Source of the DNA: Candidatus Doudnabacteria bacterium
Lineage (GTDB): Bacteria; Patescibacteriota; JAQUNI01
Length of the DNA stretch: 64,000 nt
Direction of reading: 5' to 3'
Assembly: GCA_041644975.1 (NCBI GenBank)
Contig: JBAZQX010000001.1
Span: 39,274-103,273 of the forward strand
The notes beneath the pieces were generated by a model. It was not told the origin of the DNA. It saw only the letters and a list, made by a program, of their open reading frames with translations, and ran no database searches. A program made the position numbers and the translations under genes. Below, in pieces: positions 26,646 to 34,914 of the stretch (positions are counted from its first letter, which is position 1; each line of letters starts with the position of its first letter).

Positions 26646-28326
26646 ATGTGTTATTTTTAACTTTTTGCAACTTCTTTTTCATTTTTCTAATCTTGGAATT
26701 TAATTTTTCAATTTTGAGCTTTTTTTTCTGTGCTTTTTTAGATAAAAAAAGATCAATTTTTTGCCTAAATTCATCTTTAAAGGCCACTCTTGAAAATAAA
26801 AAAGCCAATAAAAAACTATAAGAAAAAGCAAGCAAGCCGTTTATTCGGGAGGATTCCCGAAAGAGCCAGCCAAAATTTTTAAAATAGGGAATGTCAAAAA
26901 GAATTTTTTGATATAAAGTGTAATGCCAAATCGGCATCGTAGACAGAATTGTTGCGAAGACCCCCAAGAGAGAGAAAAAGACTGTGTATTTGTTTCGGAA
27001 AGATGGAAAGAGAGGCAGGAAGAGGAGCAAAGGAAGGATAAAAATTAATTTTCGGAAAATAAAATTTATAATCAAACTGTTTGTCTCTTCACCATTTAGA
27101 GAGAGGGTGAAAAATAAAGTTTTCAGGGGTTCTTGGGGTTTTTCAAAATAGTCTGATGTAAGCATATAATCAGGTGCGTTAGGTTTATTTTCCGAGAGGC
27201 TAATTTGCAAGTAGGGATACAGCCAGTACGCTCCTAGAGTTAAAAAAAATAAAACAAAGATTAAAAGGTAACCCAAATTTCGCGCTAACATTTTGAAGAT
27301 CAGCTTGCAATTTTGTTTTAGGAAAGATTTTTGCACCCAGATCGCGCTTTCTATTAAGATGAAAATTCCCAGCATAATAAAGTTATAAACTAAATAATGT
27401 GGAGAGAAGGAGATAAAATTGAAAAGGAGCGCTAAAATCAGTAGTAGTAGTATTTTTTTTTGCCTTTTAAATTTTAAAAAGACAAGTAGAACCAAGGGTG
27501 TGAGAGTATAACCAATGAAATGGTAGAAGTGGAAGATCCGATTCAGGGCGTAAGGGTTAAATAAATAGAAGGCAGTGGCTAGCAGAGAGGCTAAGTTAAT
27601 ATGTTGCTTTTCTCTTATGACGGCTTGAAAAATCGTTTGCATTAAGAAATAACTAGAGAAGGCGCCACAGAGTAAGATTTCTAAGAGAATAAGTTTAATG
27701 GTTAAATCGCTGGGTAGATTTAGAAGCTGGGTAAATATAGTATTAAACAGACTGATGGGAAAAATATTAGGAGCCAAGGGCCGGTTAAAACTGCCATAAT
27801 CGTTCCATAAAAACCAGACATTCCCCAAAACAGTTTGATTATTTATTGGGAAGTTGAGGTCTCCTGCTTCAATGTATCCTTTTGTAACTAGGACTTTATG
27901 AAAAGGGATCAAGATTAGAAAAATGAGGATGAAAATAGTTATACTGCGTTTATCATCTATTTTTTTAAAGATATTTATAGGCAGACGTTTTTTTTTGCTT
28001 AAGAATATCTTTAATTGAGTAAATATAGTGACGAATAAAAAGAGTAAAGCATAGGCGGCAGCTATATTTGCTAAGTATTCATCTTTTAAGATTGAAAAGA
28101 TTGCTGTGAACACGAGAAGTATCAGTCCGCAGATCAGAGGAATTTTATCCGAAATATTTAGAATTAAGAAGGTTAGAAGGGTACCCCAAAAAAGAAAAGC
28201 ATATAAAGAAGCATTTAAAAGAAAGAGAACAAGAAAGGTTAAAAAAAGCCAGGCTAAATAATAAATTTGAGGCTGGTTTTTTTTGAAGTTGACAATTCCA
28301 TTTTTCAATCTTGAAATAACACCCAT
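26638..28326 (-). CDS. YfhO-family protein, N-terminal polytopic membrane part; 8-nt overlap in a different frame with 24168..26645 (a split or frameshifted gene is possible)
   Basis: It has ~12 TM helices and an overall YfhO-like layout. ATG and TAA are arranged as ATGTTTAA at the junction. Confidence 0.5.
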   Translation of the reverse strand: MGVISRLKNGIVNFKKNQPQIYYLAWLFLTFLVLFLLNASLYAFLFWGTLLTFLILNISDKIPLICGLILLVFTAIFSILKDEYLANIAAAYALLFLFVTIFTQLKIFLSKKKRLPINIFKKIDDKRSITIFILIFLILIPFHKVLVTKGYIEAGDLNFPINNQTVLGNVWFLWNDYGSFNRPLAPNIFPISLFNTIFTQLLNLPSDLTIKLILLEILLCGAFSSYFLMQTIFQAVIREKQHINLASLLATAFYLFNPYALNRIFHFYHFIGYTLTPLVLLVFLKFKRQKKILLLLILALLFNFISFSPHYLVYNFIMLGIFILIESAIWVQKSFLKQNCKLIFKMLARNLGYLLIFVLFFLTLGAYWLYPYLQISLSENKPNAPDYMLTSDYFEKPQEPLKTLFFTLSLNGEETNSLIINFIFRKLIFILPLLLFLPLFPSFRNKYTVFFSLLGVFATILSTMPIWHYTLYQKILFDIPYFKNFGWLFRESSRINGLLAFSYSFLLAFLFSRVAFKDEFRQKIDLFLSKKAQKKKLKIEKLNSKIRKMKKKLQKVKNNTYV

Positions 28327-28343
28327 ACTTTTTAAAGGGATGC

Positions 28344-29801
28344 TTAAGAAAAAATTTCTTTTAAAATGCGGCCGTCTAAATCTTTGGGTAATGGGATGTC
28401 TAAGAGGTGAAGAATTGTTGGTGCAAGATCAAGAATATTTACTTTTTCCAAGACTCTGGAAGTAGAATTGATGTGAGGGCCGGTGATAAGGAAGATGCCA
28501 TTCCTTTTGTGAGTAGCTGACCAACCTTCTTGCGAGTCGCTTAAGATTTGGCCTTGACCTGTTAATCCTGAAATTTCGTATCCTTCTTCCGGCCAGAGAA
28601 TGAAATCAGGAGAATTTTGACAAGGCCCATTATAAATTTGATTTGCCTCCATTATTCTATGTAGAATGACTTTTCCGTGAAATTTCACTTTTTGAAGTTT
28701 GGAAGACAGTTCTTTCTTTAAAGATTGAATTTCTTCGGATGAAAGAATGTTTTGGTTAAAGTAAAGGGGCCCTTCGCTGGTAGCGACAGCTTTGGTTTTT
28801 TCCCAATCCACAATTTGTTCATTTAAACTTTTTCCTGCCTTCATTGAGATTACCTTTAGATTTTTATTTTTCATTCTTTTTTTTGCAAATTCCAGAAGAC
28901 CTAAAAATTTGACCATTTTGCCGATTCTTTCTGCTGAAATTCCCAATTTAAGCAATAAATGGGATAATTTGTCATTTCTTAAGCTAAGATACCCGTTTTT
29001 GCGAAGCCATTCATTGATGAAAAATGTGGCTTTGAGGCTGGTAAAGCCATGATCAGAAAAGAGAATTGTGTAGGTTTGTTGGGGTTCAGGCACTAGTTTA
29101 AGAAGCTCCCCGATTTTTTGGTCAATAAACTGCCAAAAGTTTTGGATTGTGTTTTGAAGGGGATGGTGCGGTTTATCTTGATATTTCCAGAAAAAATGTT
29201 GCAGATCATCAATCATAAAAAAAGTGAACTGAAAGAAATCCCAATCAGAGCGGGTGATGAATTTTTTAGCCGCAGCCACTTTTTTTTCTGTAATAGTATA
29301 TATTTCTTGAATTAATTTTTCTTTTTCCAGTCGGAAATTGGCTTCAGGAAAGAATTGATAATCAGGAAAAAGTGATTGCAACTCTGGAGGGTAGAAGGCT
29401 TTTTCAGGAAAGGCCACTATTGGTCCTGAGATCATAGCACCATTAATTTTTTTCGCTGGGTAAGTGAGGGGCATATTGAGAACATAAGATCGCTTGCCGT
29501 TTTCTGATAATAAATCCCAAATTTCTTTCTCTTTGACGGTTAGGCTTGTATTTAAAACAAATTTTTTGTTTTTAATGTCAACATTTTGCCACCAGTACAT
29601 TCCTAGTTTTCCTGGGTTTTTGCCTGTGGAATAGCATTTCCAAGCTGGTGCTGTGACACTGGGAAGGCAACTTTCTAAATTTGCCCTTACTCCTTGTCGT
29701 AACAGTTTATTTAAGTTTTCCAGCCCCCCTTTTTTGATTAAGGGGTTAATGACGTTCCAACTCCCCCCATCTATGCCGATGACTAAAACTTTTTTTTGCA
29801 T
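28344..29801 (-). CDS. alkaline-phosphatase-superfamily enzyme (type I phosphodiesterase / nucleotide pyrophosphatase family), cytoplasmic
   Basis: VLVIGIDGGSW and CLPSVTAPAW (Thr nucleophile context) are typical of PF01663-type enzymes. There is no signal peptide and no CxPxR formylglycine sulfatase motif. Confidence 0.6.
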   Translation of the reverse strand: MQKKVLVIGIDGGSWNVINPLIKKGGLENLNKLLRQGVRANLESCLPSVTAPAWKCYSTGKNPGKLGMYWWQNVDIKNKKFVLNTSLTVKEKEIWDLLSENGKRSYVLNMPLTYPAKKINGAMISGPIVAFPEKAFYPPELQSLFPDYQFFPEANFRLEKEKLIQEIYTITEKKVAAAKKFITRSDWDFFQFTFFMIDDLQHFFWKYQDKPHHPLQNTIQNFWQFIDQKIGELLKLVPEPQQTYTILFSDHGFTSLKATFFINEWLRKNGYLSLRNDKLSHLLLKLGISAERIGKMVKFLGLLEFAKKRMKNKNLKVISMKAGKSLNEQIVDWEKTKAVATSEGPLYFNQNILSSEEIQSLKKELSSKLQKVKFHGKVILHRIMEANQIYNGPCQNSPDFILWPEEGYEISGLTGQGQILSDSQEGWSATHKRNGIFLITGPHINSTSRVLEKVNILDLAPTILHLLDIPLPKDLDGRILKEIFS

Positions 29802-29811
29802 AAACAGAAAA

Positions 29812-29850
29812 AATGTTGCATGGGTTAAAGCAACAAAAAATTAAGAGGTT
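29812..29850 (-). terminator. candidate rho-independent terminator after cysN (minus-strand stem tgttgc/gcaaca followed by TTTTTTCTG)
   Basis: The hairpin plus U-run read on the minus strand directly after the cysN stop. Confidence 0.35.
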
Positions 29851-29915
29851 TTATTATATTAAAATTTTCAAAAAAATCAACTAAAATTTTGTTCGTTTCA
29901 CCTTTCCTCAACTTT

Positions 29916-31205
29916 TTAGTTGGAAATTATTCCTCCTGCCACCACATCACAGTTACGGACTAAAACAAAGCGACCTAATTCAGGTAAGATGTTGAATTTT
30001 TCAATCACCAATGGATTATTTGCTTGGATTATTACCTCTCCGATTTCTGTCTCCATAAGATGCAGAGCCTCTTCTTCAATGATTTTTAAAGTAGAGGAGT
30101 CTATTCTTTTAATAATTTTCACAATTTTCGCTTTCACTTCCTGGGTAGCGCAATGCAAGATTATTGTTTCATCTCTTTTTAGTTTTTCTTTAGACATCCA
30201 TAAAATACTGGCCTTAAATTCTTGGACGATTTGCGGTTTATTTAGGGGCCCAGAGATTACTTCTCCTCTTTCAATAAATAATGGATCGGTGATAGTAATA
30301 CCAATATTCTGACCTGCGGAGGCTTGTTGTAAATCCTTTTGTAGGAAAATTTCAATAGTTTTTACAGTACTTTCTTTATTGGAAAGAAGGAAAGTAATTT
30401 TATCTCCTATTTGAATTTTTCCTGCTTCTACGCGGCCCGCAATGATTCTTTTATCCCCTACCTTATAAACATCCTGCACAAGATAACGCAATGACTTTTT
30501 TATGGGTAAGGCGCTAGCCTTGAGGTTACCTAAAGCCTCTACAACAGTTGGTCCTTGGTACCAGTGCATTTTGGGGGATAAGGAAACAATATTATCACCC
30601 TCCTTTGCGGAAATAGGGATAATGTAATTAAGATTGAGATTGATTTTTCTTAAAAACGTCTTAAAGCTTTTTTTAATTTCTTTGAATCTTTCAGAGCTAT
30701 AATTCACCATATCCATTTTGTTAATAAGGAGAATAATTTGCTTCAAACCCAGAAGACTTAAGATATAGGCATGCCTTTGGGTTTGTTCTTGAATTCCTTC
30801 TTTAGCGTCAATAATAATCATCGCCGCCTCGGCTTGGGAGGCTCCAGTGACCATATTCTTAATAAATTCTTTGTGACCGGGCGCATCAATAATAACATAA
30901 TTTCTTTTTTTAGTTTTGAAAAAGAATTGAGTGGTGTCAATGGTAATCCCTTGCTCCCGCTCTTCTTGAAGGTGATCAAGAATGAAAGCTAGTTCCAGTG
31001 GTTTTCCAAGTTTGTCACAAGTTTTTTTTATTTCCTCAAGATATCCTTCCGAAAGGGAATTTGTGTCATATAAAAGTCTGCCTATTAAGGTAGATTTGCC
31101 ATGATCCACATGTCCTACGATGATAATTTTTAAATTTTCTCGCTCCATAAATAAAGTTAACCTTAAATTACGAAGCACATCGTCTGTGAGCGAGGGATCC
31201 GCCAT
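29916..31205 (-). CDS. cysN: sulfate adenylyltransferase subunit 1 (GTPase)
   Basis: [37 protein letters not shown] and INKMD match CysN specifically. There is no fused APS-kinase domain (429 aa). Confidence 0.8.
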   Translation of the reverse strand: MADPSLTDDVLRNLRLTLFMERENLKIIIVGHVDHGKSTLIGRLLYDTNSLSEGYLEEIKKTCDKLGKPLELAFILDHLQEEREQGITIDTTQFFFKTKKRNYVIIDAPGHKEFIKNMVTGASQAEAAMIIIDAKEGIQEQTQRHAYILSLLGLKQIILLINKMDMVNYSSERFKEIKKSFKTFLRKINLNLNYIIPISAKEGDNIVSLSPKMHWYQGPTVVEALGNLKASALPIKKSLRYLVQDVYKVGDKRIIAGRVEAGKIQIGDKITFLLSNKESTVKTIEIFLQKDLQQASAGQNIGITITDPLFIERGEVISGPLNKPQIVQEFKASILWMSKEKLKRDETIILHCATQEVKAKIVKIIKRIDSSTLKIIEEEALHLMETEIGEVIIQANNPLVIEKFNILPELGRFVLVRNCDVVAGGIISN

Positions 31206-31230
31206 GGGCAGACTCCTCGCTAATAGACGA
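31180..31230 (-). promoter_or_regulatory. 14/16-bp inverted repeat (tcgtctgtgagcgagg / cctcgctaatagacga) bracketing the cysN start codon and Shine-Dalgarno GAGGAG; a possible translational control hairpin
   Basis: Direct reading. The 19-nt loop contains the ATG (31203-31205). The SD lies partly in the 5' stem arm. Confidence 0.4.
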
Positions 31231-31348
31231 AAAGGGAGTTTCGTAATTCATAGAAGTTAATTATTTTTTGTTTTTTGCATTCAATATATGAGCGCCTTAA
31301 ACCACCTTTTTTTTCCTTGTAAAAAAGCATTTTAAAAAGTGGGCGGTT

Positions 31349-32149
31349 TCACATATAGCCAAGGGAGCGCAATTTTTGCATCATATAAGCAGTTTCTTTA
31401 TCTTGAGCTCTACCTGATCGTTCGGCGATTTTAGTAGTTTCTAGCTCCGCCACAATCTCTGCGAGCGTAGAGGCATTGGAATCAATAGGCATACAACAAG
31501 GCTCACAGCCAATACTGCGGTAACGTTTTCCTTCTTTTGCAAAATATAATTTGACGATTGGGATATTTTCTCTTTTTATATAAGCCCAAATGTCTTTTTC
31601 TGTCCAATGTAAGAGAGGGTGCACCCGTATATGTTCCGATTCCTCTTTTTTGTTCTTATATTGATCCCAAAGTTCAGGGGGTTGATTTTTGTAATCCCAG
31701 GTGAATTCCTGATCGCGAGGGGAAAAATATCTTTCTTTGGCTCGGATTCCATGTTCGTCGCGTCGGATTCCCAAAAGAAGAGCGTTCAATTTATGTTCTG
31801 CCATTATTTGCTTTAGCGCATTGGTTTTAAGTTCAGTGCAGCATTCTAGTTTGCCCTTTCCCGGGCAGACACCGCGCCCTAATGCTTCTTTATTTTGGCT
31901 AATAATTAAGCGCAGGTTCCACTCCAGAGCATAATGATCTCGGAATTCATAGATTTCTTTAAATTTAAAGCTGGTATCAATATGAATTACAGGAAAAGGA
32001 ACCTCGCCATAAAAAGCCTTACGGCAAAGCCAAATTAAGGTAGTGGAATCTTTTCCGATTGACCAAAGAGCGGCAATATCATGAAATTGTTTGTAAGCCT
32101 CACGGATGATATAAATACTCTTAGATTCTAATTCATCAAGATGTTGCAT
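31349..32149 (-). CDS. cysD: sulfate adenylyltransferase subunit 2
   Basis: The PAPS-reductase-fold SIGKDSTTLIWL P-loop and its overall length and pattern match CysD. Confidence 0.85.
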   Translation of the reverse strand: MQHLDELESKSIYIIREAYKQFHDIAALWSIGKDSTTLIWLCRKAFYGEVPFPVIHIDTSFKFKEIYEFRDHYALEWNLRLIISQNKEALGRGVCPGKGKLECCTELKTNALKQIMAEHKLNALLLGIRRDEHGIRAKERYFSPRDQEFTWDYKNQPPELWDQYKNKKEESEHIRVHPLLHWTEKDIWAYIKRENIPIVKLYFAKEGKRYRSIGCEPCCMPIDSNASTLAEIVAELETTKIAERSGRAQDKETAYMMQKLRSLGYM

Positions 32150-32197
32150 ATGTTTTGTTTTATAAGTTAAAAACTAAAATGACTGGATCTAGAGACT

Positions 32198-34831
32198 TTA
32201 TGGTTTTATTATATCATTTTTTACTTTTTTGGCTAGGATCCAGACAAGATAGCCGCAGGAGATGATAAAGAAGATACTAGATATAGTAAGACCAAGGTAG
32301 AATAATCTTTGGGGCCAGAATTCTACAGTTAGTGCAAAGTCATAACTACCATCCTGATTTTTAATGCAATTGCTTGGCTGCTCGCAGATTTTTTGAACGT
32401 CAAGCCACCAGGAATTAGCATAACCATTAACAATAAAATGTTGATCTTGAGCGAGGGGCTTCCTTCCCCAAGTTTCCCAGAAGGGTCCCCCTTTCAAATT
32501 TTCGTTTTGGATTGTATCTTGATAATTTTTAGAGATAAAAGCAATCTTATATTTTTCTAAATGATCTAGTTCCTTTTTTTCACTATTCAAAAATTGATAA
32601 TATTTGATCTTTTTTTCCCGACCGTCACCAAGGGTGGAAACCCAACCTTTTTCAATAAAGTGTGAGACTTCTTCTTTTTGCGCTTGATTTTCCTCGTTAC
32701 CCTCTAGAATTTTATAATCTTGAAGCAGTGAATCAAAGGAGTTGTTGTTAGAATAAGACAAATCTATATTTCTTTTGATTTGATATATTTTCCAATCTTT
32801 AGAAAAAGTTTCACTTAAAATGAGGGGAAAATTCTCTCTCGCTTTATGAATAAAAACAATATATTTGGTGGGATTTATCTTTTTGAATTCCAGGATTGGT
32901 TTTTCATTAATTCGCGTGGGTAAAGAACTGGTTTTTTGAGATTGTTCTTTGCTATCCGCAAGATAAATCGCGGTTGGTTTCAGGAGGTTTTGGGAGGATA
33001 GAACTTCGGGCAGATCTTTGGTGAATTGTGACGAAACCTTAATCTCTTCAGGAACATATAAATGAGGTAGAAAATAAACAGAGGAAACTTCATAGAGCTC
33101 AAGGGGGCCAAAAGATTGTACCAGATTAATGTCTTTTTCTTTTTCAAGATTTTCCTTAATTTCGCGCGGAGAATCCGAATTTTCATAAAATTGATCATCA
33201 ACATCATTTTCCAGAATTATGTATTGCATGTTAAAAAAGCCTGCAAGTTTCAATAAGGTATTGAAAAAGTCTTTCTGTTGTCTAATGCTGTAGAGCATTT
33301 GGTAAATAGGGTCAGAGATGCTTTTTTGGTAGGTGGCAAAGAATTTTTCTCCTAGATAGTAATATAAAGGATCTACTCCCTGATAATTCCATTTATAGGG
33401 AGTGAAATAGGTCCATTGCATAGGTAAGGCATAGGCGCGGAAAGCCATCTGTTTTTTATTTAAATAGGTGCTAATTTCGCGATAATAGAGAGGAATTGAT
33501 GTTTTGTTCGTGGCCAGGATGCCACTTTTATAATCTGGCAAGACTTGACCTTGCCAGAAAGGAAGAGCACACAGATGGATTACAAAAAGAGTTAGGAGAG
33601 CAAAAGCAAAGGCGTACTTCAATTTTATTTTTTCCATAATCCTATGGATTGCAATCCCTAGCAAGAGGCTAAAGGCAAAAATAAAGATCATGCCGATTTT
33701 ATCCAGAGGATTACGGAACATTGAAAAGGTCTCAAAGTGACTGAATAAAAATTTATAGATTGATCCTAAAGGTGGGTTGGGGCCATAGAGTAGGGCAAAA
33801 CTGACTAGACTAAGAATGCCGAAGATGAGCGTATATTTTTTATATTTATTCTTAGCGAAAGCAGAATAAGCCAAAATCGGGATTATGAATCCTAAAAGGA
33901 TGAAGAATGGCTGTTCATAAAGTGAACCGTAGGGATAGTAGAGATATCCTTTAAACTTTCCCCAAAATCCCCAGTGTCCCAAAAAGCGAAGACCATCGGC
34001 CATTTTGTAAAAAGAGTTAACCACGGCGATATGTTTGAGATTAGTGTCCGCCATTTGCGCAATCTCTTCTTGTTCATTAAAGAAAGCAGCGGTGTAGGGC
34101 AAGATAATGAGGGACCAGGTAAGAAATAAGGAGCCGCTTAAGAGAAGGAAATGCTGTATTTGTTTTTTTAGATCAACCTTCTTCCTTTGCTTGGATAGCA
34201 AAAGATTCATTAAAAAATAATAGACTACGATGCCAAAGATTAGGAATAAATAAACTGGATTATCTGCCGCGGGTGAGGCGAGAAAAGCGGTCAGCACTAG
34301 GAGGGCGCAGTCTTTTTTGGTAGGACGTTTTAAGATGCGGATGCAGAAGAGCAGAATGAGAGGCAAAAAGCCATAAGCGAAGAGCACCATTGCGCGTGGC
34401 CAAAGGAACAAAAAAGAAAAAACATTAAACATATAAAGATTTGCCGCCAAGAAGGCAGCCAATTCCCTTAATCGTCCTTTCAAAATATGCCTCATCAAAA
34501 TAAAGAAGGCAAAACCCGCGGTTAAAAGCCAGTAGGAAAAAAGTAACCGTTCAATTTCTAGAAGCGGTAGATTGATTTTATGGAGAAGATAAATCGGTAA
34601 TTGGTAAGCGGGCAGTAGAGCTGTACCTCGATCTTGAGCATAGCCCAGATAGACAGGATTCCAGGTAAAGATTCTGGTGCGCAGGGCATCCTCTGGAGAA
34701 AAAGTAAAAGCAAAATCTCCGATAGAAAGCCATAGTGTGTTTAACCAAAAAAAAGGCGCTAGTGCCTCCAAGAAGATTAAAATGAGGAATATTTTAGTTT
34801 GGTGTTTTTGAAGATATTGGTGAATGATCAT
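32198..34831 (-). CDS. YfhO-family GT-C-like membrane protein (N-terminal ~560-aa polytopic domain, extracytoplasmic domain, C-terminal TM)
   Basis: The architecture and the C-terminal block LSETFSKDW..IVNGYANSWWLD..LTVEFWPQ..TM are shared with the other YfhO-like paralogs. Confidence 0.6.
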   Translation of the reverse strand: MIIHQYLQKHQTKIFLILIFLEALAPFFWLNTLWLSIGDFAFTFSPEDALRTRIFTWNPVYLGYAQDRGTALLPAYQLPIYLLHKINLPLLEIERLLFSYWLLTAGFAFFILMRHILKGRLRELAAFLAANLYMFNVFSFLFLWPRAMVLFAYGFLPLILLFCIRILKRPTKKDCALLVLTAFLASPAADNPVYLFLIFGIVVYYFLMNLLLSKQRKKVDLKKQIQHFLLLSGSLFLTWSLIILPYTAAFFNEQEEIAQMADTNLKHIAVVNSFYKMADGLRFLGHWGFWGKFKGYLYYPYGSLYEQPFFILLGFIIPILAYSAFAKNKYKKYTLIFGILSLVSFALLYGPNPPLGSIYKFLFSHFETFSMFRNPLDKIGMIFIFAFSLLLGIAIHRIMEKIKLKYAFAFALLTLFVIHLCALPFWQGQVLPDYKSGILATNKTSIPLYYREISTYLNKKQMAFRAYALPMQWTYFTPYKWNYQGVDPLYYYLGEKFFATYQKSISDPIYQMLYSIRQQKDFFNTLLKLAGFFNMQYIILENDVDDQFYENSDSPREIKENLEKEKDINLVQSFGPLELYEVSSVYFLPHLYVPEEIKVSSQFTKDLPEVLSSQNLLKPTAIYLADSKEQSQKTSSLPTRINEKPILEFKKINPTKYIVFIHKARENFPLILSETFSKDWKIYQIKRNIDLSYSNNNSFDSLLQDYKILEGNEENQAQKEEVSHFIEKGWVSTLGDGREKKIKYYQFLNSEKKELDHLEKYKIAFISKNYQDTIQNENLKGGPFWETWGRKPLAQDQHFIVNGYANSWWLDVQKICEQPSNCIKNQDGSYDFALTVEFWPQRLFYLGLTISSIFFIISCGYLVWILAKKVKNDIIKP

Positions 34832-34837
34832 AGGTAC

Positions 34838-34865
34838 CTTGAATTACGAAATGACCTTAAAATCC
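34838..34865 (-). promoter_or_regulatory. conserved 28-nt element cttgaattacgaaatgaccttaaaatcc located 6 nt upstream of the start codon; a second copy is at 55691-55718
   Basis: 24 of 28 nt are identical between the two copies. The offset from the ATG is identical. It contains the near-palindrome GAATTACGAAAT. Confidence 0.45.
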
Positions 34866-34914
34866 ACTTTTAAAAAGAAAACTTTCCATTTTAATAAGGA
34901 GTAAAAGATGAATT

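Noticed and set aside
28344-29801. 28344..29801 as a classical formylglycine sulfatase
   Set aside because: It lacks the C/S-x-P-x-R formylglycine motif and a signal peptide. It has the GIDGG...SVTAP Thr-nucleophile pattern of the phosphodiesterase/nucleotide-pyrophosphatase branch instead.
29916-31205. 29916..31205 as a translation elongation factor (EF-Tu/SelB) rather than CysN
   Set aside because: The [15 protein letters not shown] segment and pairing with an adjacent PAPS-reductase-fold CysD (SIGKDS) are specific for ATP sulfurylase. EF-Tu would have different switch regions and no CysD partner.
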